Made by a program: the position numbers and the translations under genes
Part shown: positions 31,636 to 41,690 of the stretch, piece after piece
Numbering within the stretch: position 1 is the stretch's first letter
Layout of the letters: every line of letters starts with the position of its first letter
The notes under the pieces: generated by a model
Told to the model about the DNA's origin: nothing
Database searches by the model: none
The model's input: the letters and a program-made list of their open reading frames with translations, nothing else
Source: Nitrosopumilus sp.
Lineage (GTDB): Archaea > Thermoproteota > Nitrososphaeria > Nitrososphaerales > Nitrosopumilaceae
Reading direction: 5' to 3'
NCBI GenBank assembly: GCA_965219345.1
Contig: OZ244732.1
Coordinates: forward strand, 416,001-480,000
DNA: 64,000 nucleotides

Positions 31636-32685
31636 ATGATTACAAAGATTATTGATGAAAATTCAATTTCTGTCATGCCAGAAGATTCCGATGATCTTTT
31701 GAATCTACGTCGTATAATTAAAGAAGATGACAAAGTAATTGGAGATACAACAAGAGTTCAAAAACAAGACAAAGATTATTCAAGACCCGACAAAGGAGAA
31801 AGAATTAAAGTTAGAATTGCATTAACAGTAGGAAAAATTTCACTTGATGATGTCTTAGATAGATTAAGAATTGGTGGAACTATTTCTGAATCAAGTAATG
31901 AATCAGTACCACATGGCTCACACCATTCGTTTATTCTAAAAATTAACGATGGAATAACAATTTCAAAGAAAAAATGGTTACCGGTTGAAAAAAATCTTCT
32001 AGAATCAAGTAATAATCAGGTTGGCTTTGTACTTGTTGCGATTGATACTGGTGATTGTGGGATAGCAAGACTAAGAGGAACACATCTGGAATTTATTCCA
32101 AATATCTATTCAGGTTCTGGTGGAAAGAGATACAAGACTAACTTCAATATTGAAAAATTCTTTGAGCAAGTACAACAAGCAGTATCAACTGTACTCAAAG
32201 AAGGAGATTTGATAGTAGTTTTTGGTCCTGGTGAAACAAAAAAAAGATTTGCCAATTTTATTCAAAAACCACAAAATATACAAAAATACAAAGTTCAGGT
32301 TGTTGAAGGAATTGATTCTGGTGGAGAGGATGGAATTTACATATTTACAAAATCTCAAACAATGAAGGAGATAATGTCAGATAGCAAGCTAGCTAAGGCA
32401 TCATCAATCATCGATGAGATAATGCTTCTTGCAAACAAGAAGAGTGGAAAGTTTACGATGGGATTCGATGAAACTTTTAACGCAAATCAAATAGGAGCTG
32501 TTGAATCCCTTGTATTTTCAGACAAAGCAATTCAAGACAATGAGCAAAAAATGATGGATTTTCTCAATGATGTTGAGAGTAAAGGAGTGAAAATTTACAG
32601 TGTTGATTCATCTACAGATATTGGTCTAAGAGTTACAGGTTTAGGTGGAATAGTTTCACTATTAAGATATGCAATAGGATCTTAA
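31636..32685 (+). CDS. pelA: mRNA surveillance protein pelota
   Basis: PEDSDDLLNL, RLRIGG, GSHHS, GPGETK, GLGGIVSLLRY. Confidence 0.93.
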   Translation: MITKIIDENSISVMPEDSDDLLNLRRIIKEDDKVIGDTTRVQKQDKDYSRPDKGERIKVRIALTVGKISLDDVLDRLRIGGTISESSNESVPHGSHHSFILKINDGITISKKKWLPVEKNLLESSNNQVGFVLVAIDTGDCGIARLRGTHLEFIPNIYSGSGGKRYKTNFNIEKFFEQVQQAVSTVLKEGDLIVVFGPGETKKRFANFIQKPQNIQKYKVQVVEGIDSGGEDGIYIFTKSQTMKEIMSDSKLAKASSIIDEIMLLANKKSGKFTMGFDETFNANQIGAVESLVFSDKAIQDNEQKMMDFLNDVESKGVKIYSVDSSTDIGLRVTGLGGIVSLLRYAIGS

Positions 32686-32993
32686 TTTGTAGATTCTATT
32701 AACCAATTTAGATATGACTTGTTAATGGAAGTAACATCAACTTCTGCTATTTCAGGAACATCATATGGATGAGTCTCTTTAATTTTCTTTTTTAGTAGTT
32801 TCTTGTTTTTTGTCATAGTTTTGAATATGGCAAGATATTCGGATGTGTTTTCCACGTTTCCATTCCAAGAATAAATTGAAGAAATTTTTGAAATGTTGAC
32901 ACAGGCAACTGTCTTATTTTTTACAAACTCATTTGCAATTTTTGTAATTGATTTTTTGTCAGGATATGTTGAGATAATTATCACTGGTTTCAT
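32682..32993 (-). CDS. cutA: divalent-cation tolerance protein CutA
   Basis: ACVNI...SIYSW...HPYDVPEI...YLNW. Confidence 0.93.
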   Translation of the reverse strand: MKPVIIISTYPDKKSITKIANEFVKNKTVACVNISKISSIYSWNGNVENTSEYLAIFKTMTKNKKLLKKKIKETHPYDVPEIAEVDVTSINKSYLNWLIESTN

Positions 32994-33036
32994 AGTAACC
33001 GATAAATGTACGTACTTTAAAAAATTAACAATTAGT

Positions 33037-34233
33037 TTGGAACTTGATTTTATTACTCAGAATGCAATAATCTATGTGTTAATTGCATGGGTTATCATTG
33101 TAATAATTGCAAAAGGCCTAAAATTAGAAAAATATGGCTTTGAGATAAAGGCATACAGTCTAGTATACAAGAATAAAGGTGTTAATTCAGTTCTGATCAG
33201 ACTACTTGGCAGAACAAAAAGAGGAATCAGGGTTTTTGCTGATACAAGTGTAATTGCGGGCTTTCTAATGATGGGTTTCGCATTTTGGTTTTTGTTAAAT
33301 AATGTAGCAAACTTTTTTGTTGCAAAAGATGAGTTTGCTGAATTAACAGTATTGATTCCAGGAGTAACGTTAACATCTGCACCTGCAATTGCATACTTTC
33401 TACTCTCCATTCCAATTGTATTAGTTATTCATGAAGGAGCACATGGAATAGTGGCAGCTCTAGAAAAAATAAAGATCAAAACAGGGGGCTTTGCAATATT
33501 CATTGCATTGTTTGCAGGATTTGTGGAGCCAGATGAGGAAGAATTTGACAAAGCAAAAAAGATTTCAAAATTAAGAGTAATTGGGGCAGGGGCCACATCT
33601 AACGTACTTTTTGCATTTGTATTAGGTGCCATTTTATTAACAAACCCATTCTTTGCAATGGTATTGCCAGAACCATTTCTAAGTGTATTTTATGAATTAC
33701 CTGATGGAGTTTTGATCCTCTCAATTATAGAAAATTCGGGGGCTGAGAAGGCAGGATTGGTTGCAAATGATATAATTACTTCAATTAATGAAATACCGAT
33801 TTACAGTCCGGTTGATTTTCCCAGTTTGAATCCTGGGGAGACAGCAAGTGTTACCGTACTTAGAGATAGTCAAGCATTGGAATTTGGTGTAGAGATTATG
33901 CCCGCACCTGAAGATCCTGAAAGAGGATTGATAGGAATTATGAGGGACAACTCGTTTGCCTACAAGCCTGTAATGAACTTCATTGAATGGAGTGATCCAA
34001 ATGTTTCAATGTTCTTGTTGTGGCTCTGGATGATTTCATTTTTCATAGGAATAATCAATATGCTTCCTTTACCAATATTGGATGGAGGAAAATTCATTCA
34101 TACAATTATTGATAAAAGAATTTCAGATAATGCAGTAAATGGGGTTATGTGGGGAATTTACGCATTCACCTTTATCTTGTTTGGTCTAAACATTGCTTTG
34201 TCCTACATGAAATCTGGATGGTTTACAATATAG
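33037..34233 (+). CDS. site-2 protease (M50) with PDZ domain
   Basis: HEGAH, GFVEPD, AGATSN, NMLPLPILDGG; likely TTG start at 33037. Confidence 0.92.
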   Translation: MELDFITQNAIIYVLIAWVIIVIIAKGLKLEKYGFEIKAYSLVYKNKGVNSVLIRLLGRTKRGIRVFADTSVIAGFLMMGFAFWFLLNNVANFFVAKDEFAELTVLIPGVTLTSAPAIAYFLLSIPIVLVIHEGAHGIVAALEKIKIKTGGFAIFIALFAGFVEPDEEEFDKAKKISKLRVIGAGATSNVLFAFVLGAILLTNPFFAMVLPEPFLSVFYELPDGVLILSIIENSGAEKAGLVANDIITSINEIPIYSPVDFPSLNPGETASVTVLRDSQALEFGVEIMPAPEDPERGLIGIMRDNSFAYKPVMNFIEWSDPNVSMFLLWLWMISFFIGIINMLPLPILDGGKFIHTIIDKRISDNAVNGVMWGIYAFTFILFGLNIALSYMKSGWFTI

Positions 34234-34442
34234 AAAATGCCTAGAGTATTCAGCTCTTTTTGTTAAACATACTCAGGCACAAAATCAATGGATCGTAATG
34301 TTAGAGAAAAACAAAAGGATTTGAGTCTACATCATTGAGATATTGTGTATAGTTTGTTAAACATAGTTCAGCGTAAAATATCAGATCTGTATTTCACTTT
34401 TCTTCAGTTTTTTTTACTTTGTAATTAACCTCTATTTTCACA

Positions 34443-34757
34443 TTACAACATGCCCACAACAGATTTGCGAATTTGCCCACCAGTAAAGATTTGATCTAAA
34501 ATTGCCACTCCTGCTACTACTAACAATACTTTACCAGAATTACTTTCAGCTAAATGACTCACCAATGATGTAAGGGATTCATGAGGATCATCTTTGTCAT
34601 AGTGAACTTTGCAGTATCCAGTTTTTGGATCACATTCAGCGTGATAGTGACCATTTCTAAAGTGAATTTTGTCTAATTTCTCTCCAATAGACCTTGTCCA
34701 AGAAGGATCACCTTCAAAATTCTCAATTCTATTCTTTCTAGTAAAATTATTTTTCAA
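34443..34757 (-). CDS. hypothetical protein with His/Cys motif and C-terminal TM segment
   Basis: 104-aa ORF, last of three abutting genes. Confidence 0.55.
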   Translation of the reverse strand: MKNNFTRKNRIENFEGDPSWTRSIGEKLDKIHFRNGHYHAECDPKTGYCKVHYDKDDPHESLTSLVSHLAESNSGKVLLVVAGVAILDQIFTGGQIRKSVVGML

Positions 34758-34758
34758 T

Positions 34759-35025
34759 TCAGCACTCCCTCAAATAGCATACTTTCCATGGCATACACTC
34801 AACAGGTACATTTTTGAGAATATTGACAGTGTCATGTCTACCATAATACGTTGGTGTACCTCTATGATCCTGTGCCATTAAAATAATTGGCATATTTGGA
34901 AATTCAAATTGAAATGCTTCAATAGTTTCATTTGCCCTGAATCTTGAATTAACTACATGTCTTTTTACTATTATTATAGCAAATGTTTTTCCTCGTTCTC
35001 TTATTACTGCACCATGGATTCTCAT
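34759..35025 (-). CDS. small hypothetical protein
   Basis: 88 aa, GAVIRERGKTFAII...PIILMAQDHRGTPTYYG; overlaps the upstream stop codon. Confidence 0.7.
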   Translation of the reverse strand: MRIHGAVIRERGKTFAIIIVKRHVVNSRFRANETIEAFQFEFPNMPIILMAQDHRGTPTYYGRHDTVNILKNVPVECMPWKVCYLREC

Positions 35026-35252
35026 GGAATTGTTCCCCCTTCTACAAGATATGTTATTACAAATAGAAGTGCACCTGTCATTGACGCGACAAATTTAATT
35101 TTAAATGAACCATATTGTATTAGCATGGTCATCATAAACATTCCAAATCCTGCAAAAATAAAATATACGTTATAAGTAGAAAGCAATGTCGCTATTGCAG
35201 CTACAGTACCAGCAATGCCTGAAACTTTAGCTTTATCCATTACAACTGTCAT
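35022..35252 (-). CDS. small membrane protein
   Basis: 76 aa with about three hydrophobic segments. Confidence 0.6.
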   Translation of the reverse strand: MTVVMDKAKVSGIAGTVAAIATLLSTYNVYFIFAGFGMFMMTMLIQYGSFKIKFVASMTGALLFVITYLVEGGTIP

Positions 35253-35317
35253 TTTTTATTTCCTTTCCTATGACTCATGGACATCATGAGTCCATGTTTT
35301 TTCTTTTCAAACATTTG

Positions 35318-35847
35318 ATTATTTTACGAGTGTTGAAGATTTAACATAGTATCTGATGTAATCTCCATGTATCTGGGATTCTTTCCATATATCTGGAGAG
35401 TTTTCCAGAGTTCTTGATTTGTATTTAGAAATTTTATTCTTTATTTTTGAAACTTAGTTTTTGTGAATTTTTTTATATCGGTTATGATCGATTTGATCAC
35501 ACTCTTTTTTAATTACATTCCCCTCAATTAGTAAATACTGCTGTCCAGCAGACCATGGGATTGCCAGAGGCAATAACACCTGCGAAACTTGTACTACGAC
35601 GGCAGTTTTTCTAATAATCTGGAATCTTCTCCAGATAGTGGTTTATATTCTCAATATCGTTTTTTCAATTAAGTTACCATCCAGCAGAATTATGGGATTG
35701 CCAGAGGCAATAACACCTGCGAAACTCAACCAACGGCAACTTCACTTTTTATTTATTGTTAAATAAATTTCCAAAGATAGCATTTGGCAACTTTTGCCGA
35801 ATTTTTGGTTTTTAATTTATTATGAAATTCCCAAGGAATCAAAATGC
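35318..35847. repeat. duplicate of 48711-49378 lacking one 138-bp array unit
   Basis: Near-identical sequence (530 vs 668 bp); includes two RNA-like units and the last ~29 codons of the DUF3800-like gene. Confidence 0.92.
35537..35745 (+). ncRNA. two putative structured RNA units (copy of the DUF3800-associated array)
   Basis: Core atgggattgccagaggcaataacacctgcgaaact occurs twice; the second unit has the 5' flank of unit 2 and the 3' flank of unit 3. Confidence 0.65.
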
Positions 35848-35938
35848 CACTCTGTTCAATCTTAGGTGCTTTTCACACACCTGTTCAATTAGGCGCATTT
35901 GGTGTTAAGTTAGGCACTTAGTTAATCGGTGTGCCAGA

Positions 35939-38146
35939 TTATTTTCTTTGTTTTGCTAATTTAAGAAGTGTGTAGTCGGTCAGGATTGAAATTAGACCAT
36001 CAAACTCGTTGAAGTCTATTGGCATTTTCATCTTTAGAAGATAATTTGGCGATTTGTTTTCTTGGAGTGCCTGTTTTAATTTTGTTATTGATGAATAGGC
36101 AAGTGGACTGTGAAACGGTTTTTTTGATAAGAAAATCAATAGCGTTCTCTGCAACGAAGAGTTTTTGAACAATTCGGGCAAATCTGGATCAGGATTTACA
36201 ACAAAAACGACTCTGTCAATTTTTAAGATCGTAGAGGAGTAATCCATTACAAAATGATTACAATTTCTATTAGGAATTCCTATGGAATTTAATATGTGGC
36301 TAGAATCAGTATCTCGATAGATGTTGTAACCAGCAACATTTGGTATCTGTTTAGAAAATATCTTATGAATTATGTGTGGCAAATTATCTTGTAATTGTGA
36401 TGATAAATTTTGCAATTCTGAATTTTTTGGCTGTAGCTCTGCTGATGTGTGGTATGCTGAAGAGTCATTTTTGATATTCAGATACAGATCACGATACACA
36501 GCATAGGAATTAAATGGAACATTGCCATTGATATTCTGCGCATCATCCCACTTTGGATGTATGTTGTTTAGATCGAAAACTATTCCGGCGGCATTGTGAT
36601 AATTATTAAAGACATTTACAAAATTAATTGCCAGTCCGATTAATTCTTCATAGTTCCTTACAAAGACCTCCTGCTCTTTGATAAATATGCCTCCTGGCTT
36701 GGAGTTGAATTCATTGAATTCCCCTACTGTTGAATAGGTATTTTCTTGAATGCCTTTAAGATACCCTTGCGGAACTAGGAATCGCAAAAAGTCAGTACAG
36801 GCGGTCTGTATAGTCACTGTTGAACCAATAGAAATTTCTCGGCCGAGTTTTACAGAATGGTGTTCAACAGTAAAGTTTGTTCCAATAGGAGTTACGGCTA
36901 ATTCATGAGCAAGTCCGTACAAATGCGTGAGAACGGTATTGTTTTCTTCCCATTGAGAATTATGAGGTGATTTACGCCTATCATATATCCATTCGATAGA
37001 CTTTTGAAGATTTGCTTTAATTTTCATAATCTCATTGGTTTCAAATTCAAGTATTGGCTTTCTGTCACTGGTAGTTTTGTGGATGTGATCTCGGATAATA
37101 TTGTATAATGAAAAGAAATGGGAATGGGATTCAAACAATAAAAATTTCTTGAAAATTTCAAAATCTGAATCACTTGTATCAAAACCCGTATTGCCTATAA
37201 TCTCGTCAAGAAATTTGCCCATTTCATCAAATGTTGGGTGTTTCAAGAAGAGGTATTGAGAGAAGAGAGTAGACTCGATAGATTTGGGCACTGTGATTGA
37301 GGGTAAAATACTGGGATCAGAAATGAAGACGTATCTTGCATTGCTTTGATTAATCAGCATTTTAATGGACTGTACAAAATCCAGCTGTTGCTTTAATTTA
37401 TCAAGTTCATCAATGACAAAAACTATCCTATATTTGTCTGAGAATTTGCCTAGCAGTTCTTCAAATTCAGATTGCATGGTCGCAAGGTCATAGTCATGTT
37501 GAAGGTATTGAGACGCGACATTAGAATAGGATTTTCTTCGCTGGAAAGTATAATTTGCAATAAACCAAGATAAACCAGCACCAATGATTGCAGAATGCAA
37601 TATCCATTTTTCTGGCATGTCAGAAAACGATAAGCCTCCCAAGATGCACACTATAACGGCAGTTATTAAATTGATTTTTACAGTTCGCTCTTTGAGAAGA
37701 AATTTAGATAATTCAAATTTTGATTTGTTGGAATATTCCGATGCAGTAGCCTTGAAAAATAATTCTGCAGTTTCTCTTTTCAAGCCATCAGGCAGAAAAT
37801 CCAGACTTTTGGTTTTAGAATATAATGAACGGATAAACTGTTGCACGATAATTCTTATTGGGTTTGGGTTTTCGCTTTCAGAACTTTCAATTATTTTGTC
37901 TATAGATGCGGCATTAAGCAAAACTGGAATAATTTCTTCAGGCTTGTTGATATGGTTGATGCAGGAATATAGAAGGCTCGTTTTTCCTGATCCTCGTTCT
38001 CCGCATAGCAGTAATGCGCCTTCGTTGCTTCTTTGAATAAAATCAATGAGTTTTATTGATTCTTGTGTTCTTGTAATATGGTGTCCTTTAGGGGAATTAA
38101 TTCTAGGTTGGTAATCCCAATCAGATTTGAGCTGGATGGATTTCAT
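35939..38146 (-). CDS. KAP-family P-loop NTPase with two TM helices and a long C-terminal region
   Basis: GERGSGKT Walker A, two hydrophobic helices inserted before the IVFVIDELDK Walker B. Confidence 0.8.
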   Translation of the reverse strand: MKSIQLKSDWDYQPRINSPKGHHITRTQESIKLIDFIQRSNEGALLLCGERGSGKTSLLYSCINHINKPEEIIPVLLNAASIDKIIESSESENPNPIRIIVQQFIRSLYSKTKSLDFLPDGLKRETAELFFKATASEYSNKSKFELSKFLLKERTVKINLITAVIVCILGGLSFSDMPEKWILHSAIIGAGLSWFIANYTFQRRKSYSNVASQYLQHDYDLATMQSEFEELLGKFSDKYRIVFVIDELDKLKQQLDFVQSIKMLINQSNARYVFISDPSILPSITVPKSIESTLFSQYLFLKHPTFDEMGKFLDEIIGNTGFDTSDSDFEIFKKFLLFESHSHFFSLYNIIRDHIHKTTSDRKPILEFETNEIMKIKANLQKSIEWIYDRRKSPHNSQWEENNTVLTHLYGLAHELAVTPIGTNFTVEHHSVKLGREISIGSTVTIQTACTDFLRFLVPQGYLKGIQENTYSTVGEFNEFNSKPGGIFIKEQEVFVRNYEELIGLAINFVNVFNNYHNAAGIVFDLNNIHPKWDDAQNINGNVPFNSYAVYRDLYLNIKNDSSAYHTSAELQPKNSELQNLSSQLQDNLPHIIHKIFSKQIPNVAGYNIYRDTDSSHILNSIGIPNRNCNHFVMDYSSTILKIDRVVFVVNPDPDLPELFKNSSLQRTLLIFLSKKPFHSPLAYSSITKLKQALQENKSPNYLLKMKMPIDFNEFDGLISILTDYTLLKLAKQRK

Positions 38147-38263
38147 ATGGAATAACTGTTTAATCGGATATTATGAATTCTTTGCTAGGTTCTATCAAAC
38201 TTATGGTCAATTTTATAAAAAATTCCAAGCAGTGACAAAATTCGATATTGTAATTTACTTTTA

Positions 38264-39070
38264 ATGAAATTTATTTTTTCAGATCTGCTCAACAGTAAAA
38301 TAAGATGGTCAAACAGCCAAGGGGTGTATTTAACCGGAATTTATGACATGTATTGGGGAGACAGTGATCTGATATTGGTGAATTTGAGCAGCCTCGAACA
38401 GGAATACTCGATTAAGTTTTTTGATTCTAATGGAGGTATAGTTTATGAAACTAAGCATGACAAAGTAAAACCTTTTGGCTCCAAACTCATTGGGCTGGCA
38501 AAGATTCGCGAACTCAGGAACCAAAAAGGACTTGTAGTTATTCAATGCAATTCAGGGATTAGATGTGAGTTTAGATATCGTGCAGATGATGGACCCTTGA
38601 GAACATCTGTTCCATTTAAAGAGGGAATGCCGCCTTTCTCTTTAGAAGGTATTACAATATTCATCAGTTTTGCTATGCAGGAGAAGAATGATAGTCTCTA
38701 TGGTCTAGTGAGCAGGTTGCTTAAGGCTTTGGGATTTACCGTTCTTTCTGCTAAAGAAACAGGAAGGGCAGACTTATCTCCCAGTACTCAAGCAAGTGAT
38801 TTGATTGCCCAATCAAACGCATTACTAGCCATACTTACAAAAGACATCAAGTCAGACAAAAATGGAAAAGAGATTTTTTATTCAAGCCAAAACGTAATAG
38901 ATGAAATTGGACAGGCAACTAACAAACCCGTAATAATTATTGCAGAAGAGAAAGTTGAAATTCCCTCCAACATACAAATGCGTGCTACTTACCTGACTTT
39001 CTCACGCAGTGGGATGGAAGAAATGTTAGTAATACTGACCGAGGCTTTGAAAAAAATCAAGCTGATCTAA
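38264..39070 (+). CDS. protein with a C-terminal TIR-like nucleotide-binding domain
   Basis: IFISFA, LLAILTKD, SQNVIDEIGQA, EEKVEIPSNI. Confidence 0.7.
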   Translation: MKFIFSDLLNSKIRWSNSQGVYLTGIYDMYWGDSDLILVNLSSLEQEYSIKFFDSNGGIVYETKHDKVKPFGSKLIGLAKIRELRNQKGLVVIQCNSGIRCEFRYRADDGPLRTSVPFKEGMPPFSLEGITIFISFAMQEKNDSLYGLVSRLLKALGFTVLSAKETGRADLSPSTQASDLIAQSNALLAILTKDIKSDKNGKEIFYSSQNVIDEIGQATNKPVIIIAEEKVEIPSNIQMRATYLTFSRSGMEEMLVILTEALKKIKLI

Positions 39071-39282
39071 ATTTTTAAAAAAAGAAACGGAACGTATGTT
39101 GCCACATACTGGAGTTAGTCTGTTGGCACTGCAGTTGTATTTCTTCAATTCAAAAAACATCCCAAAAACGGATTCATATGCAAACGGCATCGGTAATAAC
39201 TATGTTGTTTTGCCCATTTCTATTTACAGTGTACGTGTTTGTGATCCGGTAATATTTTATCCTGCTGTGCAAGATCCTCACC

Positions 39283-39519
39283 ATGGTTGCGGCGAAGAAT
39301 ACTAATCCAAAGAAAGGTACTGATTGGGAGAGGATAGGGGCGTTTATAAAACAGACACGGTTAATCAGGACAATAGTTGCCACAGCTGTATTATTTTTTA
39401 CACTGAATTACCTCGCAAATATGAACAAGGATGACATTGCTTTGATAGCAATACTTTCAGGTATTGCTGGGTCTGCTGCAACTTTTTTATTTTCAGCTGC
39501 ATCAAACAAGGACAGCTAG
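39283..39519 (+). CDS. small two-TM protein
   Basis: 78 aa with two hydrophobic segments. Confidence 0.6.
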   Translation: MVAAKNTNPKKGTDWERIGAFIKQTRLIRTIVATAVLFFTLNYLANMNKDDIALIAILSGIAGSAATFLFSAASNKDS

Positions 39520-39637
39520 CTTCAGGCGTATTAAGCGTAAATGATAGATTTGGGATTCATTTCATCATCCCAGCATTCGAAGATTAGACATAACATTTGA
39601 ATATAATATTTAAAACAGAGCTACGCATAGGCTACGC

Positions 39638-40597
39638 GTGAAAGAATACTGCGTGTCGTGGTGGAATGTTGAGAATCTTTTTGATTCTCAGGCTGCGCCA
39701 CGTGGGGACAAGCTGAAGCGTGTGCTTGGAAAGGAGTTAAAGGGATGGAATAGTACTGTACTGAACAAAAAGATCTCACAACTGTCAAAAATAATAGCAC
39801 AGCTAAACGGCGGTGCAGGGCCTGACATCTTGGGAGTCTGCGAGGCGGAGAGCAAGGAAGTATTGAAAAAATTAGTAGCTAAAATCCCTCTTTCGAGAAA
39901 TTACAAGATTGCACACGATGATGGCAAAGATAATCGGGGGATAGACACCGCATTCATTTACGACACAGACTCATTTAAGATGAAAGAAAAGTTTTCGCAC
40001 TTTATTGTAAAAAGAAACGCAACACGGGACCTATTCCAGGTGAATCTGGAGATGAAGAAGAGCGGCAGGCTGCTGGTACTTGTGGGGAATCACTGGCCTG
40101 CAAGAATTAGCGGAGCGTTTGATTCTGAGCCCTACAGACTCATAGCGGGTGAAACCTTGGCATATTTCCACGAAAGAATAGTAGAAAAGCACGGAAAAGA
40201 CGTCGCAGTAATCTCAATGGGTGATTTTAATGATGAGCCCTTTAACCGCTCTATAGTGAAGCACGCGCTGGCCACGAATGACAGGGGGCGGGTGCTGAGG
40301 GCTAGAAAACCCAAGTTCTACAACCTGATGTGGCCGCTGATGGCCAAAGGACTTGGTACCCACTATTATGGTGGGGCAGGTTCAATTCTTGACCAGATGA
40401 TGGTCTCGAAAGGATTGCTGCCCGGCAGAGGTACAGGACTATCAGTCAAGCCGGATTCGATGAGAATTGAGAATTCATCTGAAATGGCACGCAGGGGCAA
40501 GCCGCGCAGGTTTGGCCGTCCTTCCAAAAAAAGAACTTATGATGAGAATGGGTTTTCTGACCACTTTCCGATATCCGTCACACTTGAATCTGAGTGA
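39638..40597 (+). CDS. endonuclease/exonuclease/phosphatase-family protein
   Basis: WWNVENLFD, DILGVCE, GNHWP, MGDFND, LDQ, FSDHFPI. Confidence 0.92.
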   Translation: MKEYCVSWWNVENLFDSQAAPRGDKLKRVLGKELKGWNSTVLNKKISQLSKIIAQLNGGAGPDILGVCEAESKEVLKKLVAKIPLSRNYKIAHDDGKDNRGIDTAFIYDTDSFKMKEKFSHFIVKRNATRDLFQVNLEMKKSGRLLVLVGNHWPARISGAFDSEPYRLIAGETLAYFHERIVEKHGKDVAVISMGDFNDEPFNRSIVKHALATNDRGRVLRARKPKFYNLMWPLMAKGLGTHYYGGAGSILDQMMVSKGLLPGRGTGLSVKPDSMRIENSSEMARRGKPRRFGRPSKKRTYDENGFSDHFPISVTLESE

Positions 40598-40818
40598 GGG
40601 CACCAGATCTGTTGGATTTTTAGAACCGTCTCATCAGGAGCCATATGTACTGTGAATGGTACTTGCATTCACATTTCAGGCTGTTTCCAGTCTTGGACAC
40701 AGTATAGAAATTTTCTGGATTGGTCTGTGACCTGACCCCGAAGGTTTGAGATTTGAGGCCAAAATCCCACAAAGGCGATTACAATCATGTTTATATAACG
40801 ATATTGAGAACATGCATC

Positions 40819-40956
40819 ATGCAAAAAATAGTCAAAAGGGAAGAAAAAATGCGAAAGATCTTCGAAACAGCCCAAAAAATGAAAAATGGTACAATAACGC
40901 CAGCAAAAACTTATGATAGCATTGATGAATTTGCAAAAGATCTAAAAAACAAGTGA
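40819..40956 (+). CDS. putative RelB-like antitoxin
   Basis: 45 aa ending KTYDSIDEFAKDL; 7 bp upstream of the next gene. Confidence 0.5.
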   Translation: MQKIVKREEKMRKIFETAQKMKNGTITPAKTYDSIDEFAKDLKNK

Positions 40957-40963
40957 TTTCAAA

Positions 40964-41218
40964 ATGTGGAAAATCATCGTTGGGAATATGGCAAACTATG
41001 ATTTTCTAAGTAACCTAAACAACGAGAACATCGAGGAAATTCTAGCATGTTTTAAGGATGTGGCTCGTACGTTCAGCAAAATAAGTTCTTCAGTTTTTTG
41101 TACCAGTGCTATCTTCCCAGTAACATCATACAAAGCCACGGACAAAAAACTTTCAATCCACTATCATGTGGATAATGATGAAGAAATGATTCGAATCACT
41201 AGCGTCGAATTGGAATAA
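40964..41218 (+). CDS. putative RelE/ParE-like toxin
   Basis: 84 aa, MWKIIV...FLSNL at the N-terminus and IHYHVDNDEEMIRITSV at the C-terminus. Confidence 0.5.
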   Translation: MWKIIVGNMANYDFLSNLNNENIEEILACFKDVARTFSKISSSVFCTSAIFPVTSYKATDKKLSIHYHVDNDEEMIRITSVELE

Positions 41219-41259
41219 CTGCGTTCCGAACATCAAAGATGAGTCCACAATCATTCCAG

Positions 41260-41690
41260 AGAATATGTTGTAGCGGAACAAAACAGTTTGCCAATATCAA
41301 CCGTAATTAGTCCTGCAAATGAAACATGATAGTGCAAAATTTGTGGATGTCATAGAATCAATTTCAGATTTTACAGATAATTCCATGACGAATCAGATTG
41401 TTTCAGTTTATGCAGACAGGGGATATGGTGCAAGATACATCGGGAATTATCCGAGAAACAGCAACATTACATGCTGCATTCCCTACAAAAGTAATTCCAA
41501 ATTTATTTTACAAAATAACAGTTACAGCAATTACAGCAAGACAGGATTTGTTGCAGAGAGATTCTTTGCGCGGTTGAAAAATGGATTTCACGGAACCAGA
41601 ATCAGATATGAAAGGCGTTCAGAGAATTATCTTGCATTTGTTTACCTGGCATCAATTATGATGTATTGGAGAGTGTTGGGATAAGTTGTT
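41260..41690 (+). mobile_element. IS5-family transposase remnant (C-terminal part)
   Basis: SPAN.HDS, VYADRGY, ERFFARLK...IRYER...YLAFVYLA. Confidence 0.8.

Noticed and set aside
32893-33036. N-terminal extension of the M50 protease
   Set aside because: It overlaps cutA on the opposite strand; TTG at 33037 is a more plausible start.
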